NCBI GenBank assembly: GCA_964534625.1
Contig: CAZHRF010000001.1
Coordinates: forward strand, 12,436-36,435
DNA length: 24,000 nt
Source: an uncultured archaeon
GTDB taxonomy: Archaea; Asgardarchaeota; Heimdallarchaeia; Heimdallarchaeales; Heimdallarchaeaceae
Reading direction: 5' to 3'
Position numbers and translations under genes: made by a program. Below the pieces are notes generated by a model, which was not told the DNA's origin, did no database searches, and saw only the letters and a program-made list of their open reading frames with translations. Shown here in pieces: positions 10,513 to 19,680 of the stretch (position 1 is its first letter; the number at the start of each line of letters is the position of its first letter).

Positions 10513-10540
10513 GGAGAGTTCTTGTTAATTAACTAGTTAT
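10513..10540 (+). promoter_or_regulatory. 3' strand of pre-23S processing stem
   Basis: TTGGAGAGTTCTTGTTAATTAACTAGTT pairs with 7041-7068. An inner stem, 7078-7091 with 10491-10503, continues toward the gene. Confidence 0.85.
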
Positions 10541-10650
10541 TTTTTATTTATTGCTTTTAAATTTCAAAGTGAGACATACAGATTTATTTTTGTAAAATTT
10601 TTATAAAAATGCGTGATGTGGAGTTTTTATATAATAAATAGATACTAATT

Positions 10651-13467
10651 TTGATTAACTCAAAGAGAAGATATAAATTGATATCAAAAAAATATAAAAA
10701 CAATTCATCCGGAAATCATTCAATCATTGCATTACTCTGGAAATTATTTTGTGGTTTTTTGAGGTTCCTTTTACCATACATTAATTCGTTTTTAGTGGGT
10801 TTTTTTATTCTATTAGTATTATTTCCTTCTACAATTGACTATTTTCCTAAAAGTAACTTTAGAAATGTTTTTCTCATTTTTAAAAGTATATTATCATTGA
10901 ACTTAACCATGTATATATTTTCCTATGAGTGGATCCATTATTTTTGTATAACTATAGTTGTAATTTTATTTTTATTTTGTACTAAATTTTTACCATACAG
11001 GGTATGTATCAAAGATAATGTGTATTACCAGAAGAAAACTTTTTTCCCCTTATATCGCTCTTTTAGTATTATTGCCGTGAAATCTCCTTTAGACTCTTAC
11101 TTTCTTAAAAATGATCGTTATGCAAAAACAATTCATCATGACTTTATTGAGCATCTCTCAAAAAATCTATCAAAGTATAACTTATTGATTACTAAGATTC
11201 AATCTAACGATGGGTCTATATTTGGTTCTGATGTTCCTTTTTTTTTGGTTATACCAACGACAAGTTTTTTTAGACATAATCTCATTAAAAAAACAGAAGC
11301 CAATCTACTATTTGTAAAACACTCATTGAAAGTTTTCTACGATGCCACTTCGACCGTTTTAACACCGGATGAAATTGACTGGTTCTTCAATTTTTTAAAC
11401 AGTTATAAACACCGAACTGTATTTTCTCCATCATATAAAGAAACAAAGATCCCAAATTTGACTGAACATATTTATTCATTATTTATAAATGAAACTATAG
11501 GCGATGCACAGTTTCTTTTCCATATTTCAAAAATAAATGAACATGACTATTATTTATGTGCTTCATGTCTAACTAGTAACAAAGAAACTAGTACTAAAAT
11601 ATATGAAACCATTGGTTTTAAACACAAAAAAAATTATCATATCCCCTTCAATAGAATTCAAAACATTCAAGCATTTTTTTCAACAGCGATCTCTAAAAAA
11701 ACAAGATTTAAAATAAGTCTAAATAATTTAAGTAATTATATTCATATACCCAATGGATATCTTGGTACTATAATAAAAAGAAAAGAGTTTTTAAGTACAA
11801 GTTTGACTTCAGAAAAGGATAAAATAGTTCTAGGGAATACTACTGATAATTTATCTTTTCCTATTTGTTTAAAAAAAGAAGATTTACTTTTCAACATAGA
11901 AATTTATGGCATGGTTGGGCGCGGAAAGACTCAATTAGTTAGTCTGATTTTAAAACAACTAATTAGTATAGATGTAAATATGTTAATTTTTGATATCAAA
12001 GGAGAATATGCCAGAGAATATGTTCAAAATCCAAATGTAGAAATTTATACTATAGGGCGTCCAAATCCCTTGTGTGTTAATGTTTTTGAGACTCAAGATG
12101 AAGACGATGTTCGTAGCACATTACTGATCTTAGAAGAAATGCTGAAAACATCTAATCAAGATTTTTCTCCTGCTATGAAAAATCTATTCGAAACTGCACT
12201 ATTTTTAACACATAAAACTAAAAGAAGACATCTTAAAACGTTTATAGAAAATCTAATAGACGTCACATCAAATCTCCGTATTCAAGGCAACAGTAATTAT
12301 GTCCAACAGACATTAGATGCTGTTTTAAATCGGTTAAATTTTATTTTCAATCCTATAAATTTTGATATATTTGGTGTTTCAAGAACCACTCTCGATTTTA
12401 CTAAATTTGAAAATGGAAAAACTATAATATTGGATTTTTCAGAGTTCCAAAGGAGGGCAGCAAGACCTTCTGATATATATCTCATTTGTAATATAATATT
12501 AAAAATGTTCTATAGATATGCAACGAGTAGAGGTGTGACAAATAAACTTAGATATCTAGTTGTACTTGAAGAGGCGGTAAATATTATTCCTAGAATATAT
12601 ACGAATGAAAGTTCGGCTTCTTTAATAAGCTCAGAAAACAACTTTTTGTTGGGAAGAAACCTTGGAATTGGCCATATAACTATTTCACAAATGTGGGATA
12701 GCGTTAGTAAGATTGTTCATGGTAATTCTTCTACAAAAATTATTTTTAGAAGTAGTGAAAAAACCGATAAAATAGCTCGTGCATTGAATATTGGAGAAGA
12801 TGAAATAAATAATTTACATAAATTACCAATTCAGCATTGTTATGTATTCAAAGACGGTTTTGAAAAAGCTTTGGAACTTAAAACAAATAATATTTCAACG
12901 AACTCTTACAATTACTCTAATTATCTCTCTCTACTAAGAAGAAAATATCCATCACGTCAATATCCCTTGTTGTATGAAAATTTTATTGAAATGCGAACAT
13001 CACTTTATAAACAAGTAAATAAAATTCAGACTTTTGAAAAGGACAAATCTTCTCAATCGGACCATTATCCTATAGAGCGAAATAAGAATGAAAATCTATC
13101 ATCTGTTAATAGATCAATATATCATAATCAAAGTACTATTACTATAGATCAATTATATCAAGATGATATTTGTAACCAATTATGCCAATTAAGTAATCAT
13201 TCTGTTCACTGTTATAAGGGCAAATACATTGCTATGATGTTTGTTGGAGAACTTCAAAAAAGATATAAGGATAAAGAATTACTAAATATAGTATTTAATT
13301 GCGACCTCTTTAATTCTGTTACTAGCCATGTAGAAAAAAATATTGGTATAAATATAGATCAACCAATAAAATTTTGTATCATTCAAAACCTAATATTCGA
13401 CTTACTAAAAAAAACGAATCTGTCTGAAAATAATGCAGTACAAATACTGAGAAAATATGTAGAATAA
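10651..13467 (+). CDS. Membrane-anchored HerA/VirB4-like ATPase (conjugation/translocation-type P-loop ATPase)
   Basis: 938-aa ORF with several hydrophobic N-terminal segments (FLRFLLPYINSFLVGFFILLVLFP; WIHYFCITIVVILFLFC), Walker A YGMVGRGKTQ, MLIFDIKGEYAREY, RYLVVLEEAVNIIP (Walker B-like), LGRNLGIGHITISQ and KIIFRSSEKTDKIARALNI. The start codon (TTG) is uncertain. Confidence 0.8.
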   Translation: MINSKRRYKLISKKYKNNSSGNHSIIALLWKLFCGFLRFLLPYINSFLVGFFILLVLFPSTIDYFPKSNFRNVFLIFKSILSLNLTMYIFSYEWIHYFCITIVVILFLFCTKFLPYRVCIKDNVYYQKKTFFPLYRSFSIIAVKSPLDSYFLKNDRYAKTIHHDFIEHLSKNLSKYNLLITKIQSNDGSIFGSDVPFFLVIPTTSFFRHNLIKKTEANLLFVKHSLKVFYDATSTVLTPDEIDWFFNFLNSYKHRTVFSPSYKETKIPNLTEHIYSLFINETIGDAQFLFHISKINEHDYYLCASCLTSNKETSTKIYETIGFKHKKNYHIPFNRIQNIQAFFSTAISKKTRFKISLNNLSNYIHIPNGYLGTIIKRKEFLSTSLTSEKDKIVLGNTTDNLSFPICLKKEDLLFNIEIYGMVGRGKTQLVSLILKQLISIDVNMLIFDIKGEYAREYVQNPNVEIYTIGRPNPLCVNVFETQDEDDVRSTLLILEEMLKTSNQDFSPAMKNLFETALFLTHKTKRRHLKTFIENLIDVTSNLRIQGNSNYVQQTLDAVLNRLNFIFNPINFDIFGVSRTTLDFTKFENGKTIILDFSEFQRRAARPSDIYLICNIILKMFYRYATSRGVTNKLRYLVVLEEAVNIIPRIYTNESSASLISSENNFLLGRNLGIGHITISQMWDSVSKIVHGNSSTKIIFRSSEKTDKIARALNIGEDEINNLHKLPIQHCYVFKDGFEKALELKTNNISTNSYNYSNYLSLLRRKYPSRQYPLLYENFIEMRTSLYKQVNKIQTFEKDKSSQSDHYPIERNKNENLSSVNRSIYHNQSTITIDQLYQDDICNQLCQLSNHSVHCYKGKYIAMMFVGELQKRYKDKELLNIVFNCDLFNSVTSHVEKNIGINIDQPIKFCIIQNLIFDLLKKTNLSENNAVQILRKYVE

Positions 13468-13560
13468 TTATTGTGATTACTTTCGACCATTGAATCTTTT
13501 CGAAACTTTTAAATTATAACTGAATACGATTGATTTAACTACAATAGATATAAAAATGTT

Positions 13561-13646
13561 GCCAGGATAGCCAAGCGGACTAAGGCGCTGGTCTTGAAAA
13601 CCAGTTTTCTTTGAAAGCCGGGGTTCAAATCCCCGTCCTGGCTCCA
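13561..13646 (+). tRNA. tRNA-Ser (anticodon UGA)
   Basis: GCCAGGA...TCCTGGC acceptor, CTGGT-CTTGAAA-ACCAG anticodon arm, variable arm TTTC-TTT-GAAA, T-arm CGGGG-TTCAAAT-CCCCG, encoded CCA. Confidence 0.95.
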
Positions 13647-13678
13647 GTTCTATCTAAATATATAAGGAACTTATTCTT

Positions 13679-15763
13679 ATGATTGATCTACCAACATTTT
13701 ACACAATAGGTATATCAGAAAAACCTCAAGCTGCAAGAAGGATTGCTTGGGCTTTGGATGAAAAAAATGATCCTCAGTTTTATCGTCTTAATGGTGTTCC
13801 AATCTATCAATGTGAGAGAGGAGGAAGAATAATTATTATCGTTCCTGCTGTTGGTCATCTATTCACTCTTGATCAAATTGGGAAAACATGGAACTATCCA
13901 ATCTTGGATTATGAATGGCTTCCTACTTATAAAAAATCTTCAAAATCTTATACAAAAAAATTCGTTGAAGTTTTTAAATTATTAGCTGAAGAAGCTAATG
14001 ATGCAATAGTAATGACTGACTATGATAGGGAGGGTGAAGTAATTGGATACTTGATTTTAAAATATCTTCTTAAGAAAAAAGTTGCGGAAAGAATGAAATT
14101 TTCAACTTTAACTAAACGCGATATAATAGATGCATATAAGAAAAAAGATCCATATTTAAACAAAGGACTATTAAATTCAGGGCTCATTAGACATTATGTA
14201 GATTGGCTTTTTGGCATAAATTATACAACAGCATTGAGTACATCACTAAAAAAAACCACAGATAAGTTTAAAACCATTTCAATCGGTCGCGTTCAAGGTC
14301 CAACTTTAGGGTTCGTTATTGATAAAGAGGAAGAAATTAATTTGTTTATGCCTACTCCTTATTGGAGGATTCATTCATCAGTACTTATTGATGGTGAGAC
14401 CTATGAACCCATATATGAAAAAAAAGAAATAGAAACTAAAAATGCAGCGAATGAAATAGTAAATGATTGCTTCAGATTGAAAGGTGTTGTTAATGAAATT
14501 ACTGAAAAAAAGAATGTTCTCTATCCTTTCCCTCCTTATAATCTTAGCCACTTACAACGTGATGCGTATTTTTATCTTAAATACTCGCCAAGTAAAACTC
14601 TTGAATTAGCAGAAAAACTATATCTAAAAGCATTAATATCTTATCCTAGAACTGATAGTCAAAAATTACCTATGAAACTAGGTCATAAAAAAATCTTAAT
14701 AAAACTAAAAACGCAAAACGAATATTCAGATTTTATCTCGGAAATTTTAAAACGAAAAAAATTCAAGCCAATAGAAGGAAAAAAAACTGATGCTGCGCAT
14801 CCCGCTATTCATCCAACTGGGAAAAAACCTAGTGCTACCCTATCTGAAGAAGAGAAGAAAATATATGACATGATTATTAAAAAATATCTCTCTTTATTTG
14901 GTCCAAAGGCGATTCAAAGGGTAGTAAACTTCGAAATTATGATAGATTTTCATAAGTTTTCAATTGAAGGTAAAAAAATTACCACTAAAGGTTGGATAAA
15001 ATATGCAACACCTTATGTTTTCTATACTGATACACCTATTCCCAATTTGGAACTAAAACAGATTATAAAATTTGATCTTATAGAAAGTAAAGAAGAGTTT
15101 TCTGAACCACCCAGACGGTATAATGAATCTTCTCTTCTTCAAGAGATGGAAGCGAATGGACTTGGAACTAAAGCAACAAGAGCTTCTATTATTGAAACTT
15201 TATTTAAAAGGGGCTACATAGGAGGAGGTATTATTACTCCTACTGAATTGGGTATTGCAGTTGTTGATGTTCTTAAAATACATTATTCTATTATAGTGCA
15301 GACAAAAATGACAAAGAAGTTAGAAACATTGATGGAAGACATTAAAAACCGAGAAACAAATGTAGAAGAAGAAATATTAAGGATCAAGCAGGATTTGTTT
15401 AAAGATCTAAAATCCTTTCATGATAAAGAAACAGAAATTGGACTTTCACTCTATGAAAATATTAGAGAACTTGAGGAACATGACATTATTATCTTAGGTC
15501 AATGTCCAAGATGTAAAACTGGTAATTTAAGAGTTTTAAAATCTAAAAAGTCTGGAAAGTTATTCGTAGGTTGTAGTTCTTATTATGAATCAGATATTAA
15601 GTGTGAACTAACTTTTCCAGTACCTTATGGAACAAATTTCAAACCCACTAATGAAATTTGTCCTCATGATAATTTACCATTAATCGAAAAGAGAAATAAT
15701 GGAAATAAAAAGTTAGTATGTATCTCTCCTGATTGTGATTATTGTATTGATAGGAGTGATTAA
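13679..15763 (+). CDS. topA: DNA topoisomerase IA with C-terminal zinc-finger region
   Basis: Toprim motifs (ISEKPQAARRIAWAL; VMTDYDREGEVIGYLI), SIGRVQGPTLGFV, catalytic LISYPRTDSQKLP, MEANGLGTKATRASIIETLFKRGYI, and C-terminal CPRCKTGNL/CSSYYESDIKCELTFP Cys clusters. Confidence 0.95.
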   Translation: MIDLPTFYTIGISEKPQAARRIAWALDEKNDPQFYRLNGVPIYQCERGGRIIIIVPAVGHLFTLDQIGKTWNYPILDYEWLPTYKKSSKSYTKKFVEVFKLLAEEANDAIVMTDYDREGEVIGYLILKYLLKKKVAERMKFSTLTKRDIIDAYKKKDPYLNKGLLNSGLIRHYVDWLFGINYTTALSTSLKKTTDKFKTISIGRVQGPTLGFVIDKEEEINLFMPTPYWRIHSSVLIDGETYEPIYEKKEIETKNAANEIVNDCFRLKGVVNEITEKKNVLYPFPPYNLSHLQRDAYFYLKYSPSKTLELAEKLYLKALISYPRTDSQKLPMKLGHKKILIKLKTQNEYSDFISEILKRKKFKPIEGKKTDAAHPAIHPTGKKPSATLSEEEKKIYDMIIKKYLSLFGPKAIQRVVNFEIMIDFHKFSIEGKKITTKGWIKYATPYVFYTDTPIPNLELKQIIKFDLIESKEEFSEPPRRYNESSLLQEMEANGLGTKATRASIIETLFKRGYIGGGIITPTELGIAVVDVLKIHYSIIVQTKMTKKLETLMEDIKNRETNVEEEILRIKQDLFKDLKSFHDKETEIGLSLYENIRELEEHDIIILGQCPRCKTGNLRVLKSKKSGKLFVGCSSYYESDIKCELTFPVPYGTNFKPTNEICPHDNLPLIEKRNNGNKKLVCISPDCDYCIDRSD

Positions 15764-15764
15764 G

Positions 15765-16010
15765 ATGACGGAACTAGAAAAAAGAAAAAGATGTGTTATC
15801 TGTAATAGAAGAAAACTTAACCATTCAATATATTGTATTAAGCATTTTGATGCAAAAAAGATTTTGATGAAATATTATGAGCAATGGCAAAGAGCTTATG
15901 GAGTTTTATCTTGGGAATCTTATATTCAAAAAGTGCTAAAAATTGAAGATAAAGTAGGTATTTGGATAATAGAAGTTATCAAACACGAATTATATTTCAA
16001 ACCATCGTAA
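15765..16010 (+). CDS. Small Cys/His-containing protein of unknown function (81 aa)
   Basis: MTELEKRKRCVICNRRKLNHSIYCIKHFDAKKILMKYYEQWQRAYGVLSWESYIQKVLK...: CxxC...CxxH putative zinc knuckle. Starts 1 nt after the topA stop. Confidence 0.75.
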   Translation: MTELEKRKRCVICNRRKLNHSIYCIKHFDAKKILMKYYEQWQRAYGVLSWESYIQKVLKIEDKVGIWIIEVIKHELYFKPS

Positions 16011-16356
16011 TATCTAAAACGTTTATTAAAAAGTAATTATTGCGTATAAAATCATAATCAGACAACACATAGGGAAACAAGATAAAAGGCAAAAAGTAGT
16101 ACGAAATACTAATGGTTGATATTGTAAAGTATAGATTTTGGTGAAAATTTAGTACTTGCGAAATAGTGCTTTACTTGTATAATTTATGTGGTAGAATACG
16201 CTAAATACACTTTAAATGGATAGAACATTGAATATTTTCTTCATTTGGAAGTACTAAAATATAACTATACAAGAAATTGAACCAATTGCTCGAGATCACA
16301 TTAATTTTTACTATAAATTAATGTGATATATTTACTCTAGATCCTTCCTTAATAAT

Positions 16357-16605
16357 CTAAGAGAAAAGTGCAGTATGTATTTGATCCAATTCTGGTATTC
16401 CTTCAAGCATTACATCACCAACAATAATTGTTGGTAGTGATTTTATTGATTTTACTCTAGTATTATGTTTTTGTTTTTTTTTATCTATGTGAATACTAGT
16501 ATAAGTAAATAACCCTTTATACTGTTCAATAGCTTCTCTTAATCGTTCTTCTGCTAAAGTACAATATGGGCATTCACTTGAAGTATATAAAATGATTTTT
16601 TTCAT
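16357..16605 (-). CDS. Glutaredoxin/thioredoxin-fold protein
   Basis: MKKIILYTSSECPYCTLAEERLREAIEQYKGLFTYTSIHI...VKSIKSLPTIIVGDVMLEGIP: CPYC active site and cis-Pro (SLPTI). Confidence 0.85.
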   Translation of the reverse strand: MKKIILYTSSECPYCTLAEERLREAIEQYKGLFTYTSIHIDKKKQKHNTRVKSIKSLPTIIVGDVMLEGIPELDQIHTALFS

Positions 16606-16700
16606 TTTTTGTTCATTTATTTTCACTTAACGTTCCTTAAAAAAATCATCAATAAAAACTGGACTCAAAACTTTCTTTTTTGTGTTAGTTTAGACTTGAT

Positions 16701-16961
16701 TTATATCTTACATCTACATGGATTAAAATGGCATTTTGGACAGTTTTTATTATATTTTTCTGTTGTGACCATCTGTGTATCAATTTCAAGCAAATTTGCC
16801 AGACTTAGTGTCCATGCTATAACATCTGCAATCTCTTCTTCTATTTTTCTTCTGTCCTTTAGTAAAAGTGCTTCTGATAGTTCTCCAATCTCTTCAATAA
16901 GTTTTAAAAAAGTTTTATATAAGCCTCTGTTTTTATCTTTTTCATAAAATAATTCCATCAT
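16701..16961 (-). CDS. MazG-like nucleotide pyrophosphohydrolase with C-terminal Cys cluster
   Basis: LIEEIGELSEALLLKDRRKIEEEIADVIAWTLSLANLLEID (ExxE...ExxD MazG metal-binding pattern), ending NCPKCHFNPCRCKI. Confidence 0.85.
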   Translation of the reverse strand: MMELFYEKDKNRGLYKTFLKLIEEIGELSEALLLKDRRKIEEEIADVIAWTLSLANLLEIDTQMVTTEKYNKNCPKCHFNPCRCKI

Positions 16962-17014
16962 GAGTTTTTGTAAGTTTTTTATTTATCTCACCCTCTGTAA
17001 AAACTCTTAAAATG

Positions 17015-17203
17015 TTATTGAAATGTTATTGTGATATTACCTACAAACACAGCTATGATTAGTATAATGGCTGTAGCAACAACAAACCACGGACCTACTT
17101 TTACACCTGGTAAATCTTCGTCATAATACCTCATGAGCCCAGCACCTGTTGCTGGCATTGGACTTGATTCTTTTTTCTTTGTTCTTCTCCTTGACTTACT
17201 CAT
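17015..17203 (-). CDS. Preprotein translocase subunit Sec61-beta (SecG-like)
   Basis: MSKSRRRTKKKESSPMPATGAGLMRYYDEDLPGVKVGPWFVVATAIILIIAVFVGNI: basic N-terminus, GLxRYYxED-like motif and a single TM segment. Confidence 0.88.
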   Translation of the reverse strand: MSKSRRRTKKKESSPMPATGAGLMRYYDEDLPGVKVGPWFVVATAIILIIAVFVGNITITFQ

Positions 17204-17280
17204 TTTTAACCATGTTCATCCTTTGAATATATATTTATATGGTTTTTCATAATCAATAAATTTTGTAAAAAAAATATTGT

Positions 17281-17357
17281 TGGCGATCCCGATGAGATTT
17301 GAACTCACGACCCCCAACTTAGAAGGCTGGTGCTCTATCCTGCTGAGCTACGGGATC
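17281..17357 (-). tRNA. tRNA-Arg (anticodon UCU)
   Basis: Reverse complement GATCCCGTAGCTCAGCAGGATAGAGCACCAGCCTTCTAAGTTGGGGGTCGTGAGTTCAAATCTCATCGGGATCGCCA: full cloverleaf, encoded CCA. Confidence 0.96.
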
Positions 17358-17478
17358 TATTTTCTCTTTTAACTTTACTTCAATCTTTTTGATTGCTATA
17401 TTAAACTTTTTGATTCTAGGCTACTATTTTATTTCGAAAATTATATAATGATATGTTCTCTCTTCTTTTTGTATATTA

Positions 17479-19005
17479 ATGGATTCCTCTCAGATTTTAA
17501 AGAAATTATTCGCTGCTGGATATCAACTGACACCAGAGGCTTATGAATTTCTTGTATCGTTATCTTCTAAAAGAGTTATTATCGAAAGAATAATTAAATC
17601 TAAATCAGATTCTTTTTTACTAACAATAGACGAAATAAATAGTTTTAGAGAACAGGCAATAGATGAAAGTAATTCTAAAAAAAAGAATATTCTTGAAACA
17701 GAACAATCTCCGTTTAGCGAAGATAAAAAAACAAATCAATTCTCCAATTTGATATCAAATAAACAAGAAATAAATATTGAAATAATTTATTCACCAAATG
17801 CAGTTCCACCACCTCCTTCTACAACAAGTTTCCAAAAATATTTTACAAGTCGATATTTGCAAGTATCATCATTATTTAAAGGAAGAAAAGATATTACAAA
17901 CATTGTTGGATCTTCAAGCTTATTAAATAAAATCAAGATAAACTCTATGTCTTTTATTGGTCTGATTAAATCAAAGACATTCACTCGGAAGGGATCTTTT
18001 ATTCTTGAAATAGAAGATTTGGAAGGTTCGATTAAGGCATTGATTCCTTCTTCAAAACCTGATCTAATTCAACAATCCCATTATATCCTAAATGATTCGG
18101 TTCTCTGTTTTAAAGGTACCTGGTCTAAAGATATCTTGTTTGTGAATGAAATTAATTGGCCTGATATACCCTATACTCACAAACCCAATCGTTCTGATAT
18201 TGATGTTTGTGCACTTTTTCTTTCTGACATACACATTGGTTCAAAGCAGTTTTCAAATGTTCTTTTTCAAAAAGTAATTGATTTCGTCAATGGAAAACTA
18301 AAAGATTCACAATATAGATCTGTAGGTGAAAAAATAAAATATATTTTTATTGCAGGTGATTTAGTTGAAGGTGTAGGTGTGTATCCAGGTCAAGAAAATG
18401 ATTTAGTAGTAGATAATATTCATATGCAATATTTTTTGGCGAGTGAATTTATAGAGAAAATCAGATCTGACATAGAAATTTTTGTTATACCGGGAAACCA
18501 CGATGGTGCAAGATTTGCTGAACCCCAAACACCTATCTTGAGAGATTATGCTAATGAATTATATGAGTTGAAGAATGTACGTCTTTTAGGCAGTCCAGCT
18601 TATATTAAAGTTTCAGGAGTTGAAATTCTTATGAACCATGGAAATTCCATAATAGATATTAATGCTGCTATACCCAATATTAACCATGCAAGTTCAGTTC
18701 CTGCGATGGTTGAAATATTGCGCAATAGACATTTGGTTCCTATATATGGCCAAAGAACCCCAATTGCACCAGAAGCTGAGGATTCCTTATTCTTATCCCG
18801 AATACCTGATGTTTTTCATACAGGACATACTCATTTAGCTGCAGATGGGTATTATAAGGGAATAACTCTGATAAATTCGGGAACATTTCAACTACAAACA
18901 GATTATCAAAAAAGTATGAATATAAATCCAAATACGGGTATTTCATACATTATGAACTTAAAGACCCTCCAACGGACACGAATCGATTTTAACCAAATTA
19001 TGTAA
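17479..19005 (+). CDS. DNA polymerase D small subunit (DP1)
   Basis: C-terminal phosphoesterase motifs ALFLSDIHIGSKQF, FIAGDLVEGVGVYPGQ, FVIPGNHDGARFAEPQTP, LMNHGNSI, VFHTGHTHLAADGYYKG, LINSGTFQLQTDYQK, as in archaeal PolD DP1. Confidence 0.95.
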   Translation: MDSSQILKKLFAAGYQLTPEAYEFLVSLSSKRVIIERIIKSKSDSFLLTIDEINSFREQAIDESNSKKKNILETEQSPFSEDKKTNQFSNLISNKQEINIEIIYSPNAVPPPPSTTSFQKYFTSRYLQVSSLFKGRKDITNIVGSSSLLNKIKINSMSFIGLIKSKTFTRKGSFILEIEDLEGSIKALIPSSKPDLIQQSHYILNDSVLCFKGTWSKDILFVNEINWPDIPYTHKPNRSDIDVCALFLSDIHIGSKQFSNVLFQKVIDFVNGKLKDSQYRSVGEKIKYIFIAGDLVEGVGVYPGQENDLVVDNIHMQYFLASEFIEKIRSDIEIFVIPGNHDGARFAEPQTPILRDYANELYELKNVRLLGSPAYIKVSGVEILMNHGNSIIDINAAIPNINHASSVPAMVEILRNRHLVPIYGQRTPIAPEAEDSLFLSRIPDVFHTGHTHLAADGYYKGITLINSGTFQLQTDYQKSMNINPNTGISYIMNLKTLQRTRIDFNQIM

Positions 19006-19054
19006 AATATCAACCCACAAAAAATAAATAATAAGTGTATAATATTTAACTAAG

Positions 19055-19477
19055 ATGAGACTTGAAAGAAAAATAGCAATAGCTTTAGCAAAAGAGTTGA
19101 AACGCATAACACAAAAAGCAAAATTAGAAGCATTGGCTGTTTTAACCGCAACAGGAGATAGAATTGCTTTTTATGCTGGTGACAAACGTGCTAATTCAAC
19201 GGAACTCTCGGCAATAGGTGCTGCATTGGTTGCAGCAGCTCGTTTGGCATTAGAACGCTTAAATTTTTCACCTATTAATGATGTGATGGTTAGAGGTAAA
19301 AAGGGCTTTTTGATTTTGAAATCAATTGGTGACTTTCACTTGGTTGGTGGAACCAGTGACATTGAAGAGTTCAAATCGGCCATCTCTGTTCTATCACAAC
19401 ACGCACCAAAAATTGCAGATATCCTAACATATGTGAATATTGATGAAGATGGTGGAATTATTGTTGATACAGATTAA
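19055..19477 (+). CDS. Roadblock/LC7-type domain protein
   Basis: 140 aa: KLEALAVLTATGDRIAFYAGDKRANSTELSAIGAALVAAARLALERLNFSPINDVMVRGKKGFLILKSIGDFHLVGG, a Roadblock/LC7 pattern. Confidence 0.8.
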   Translation: MRLERKIAIALAKELKRITQKAKLEALAVLTATGDRIAFYAGDKRANSTELSAIGAALVAAARLALERLNFSPINDVMVRGKKGFLILKSIGDFHLVGGTSDIEEFKSAISVLSQHAPKIADILTYVNIDEDGGIIVDTD

Positions 19478-19680
19478 GTCTAAAGGCTACTTTTAGCCTT
19501 TTATGTATGTTGTTCTTCTATTATGATAAGTTTTGGATATTATCAGAATTACATTCTAGATTGTACTAAAAACGTTTTTTGTATTTTCTTTCCATAAGTA
19601 ATCTTTTTAAATATCCGTAATTAGACATCACTAAAGTAAAATCTATTATATTAGGATAGATTACAATAGGTGAATGATGC

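Noticed and set aside
16609-16947. 112-aa plus-strand ORF opposite the MazG-like gene
   Set aside because: It is the antisense translation of a convincing MazG-like CDS (16701..16961, minus).
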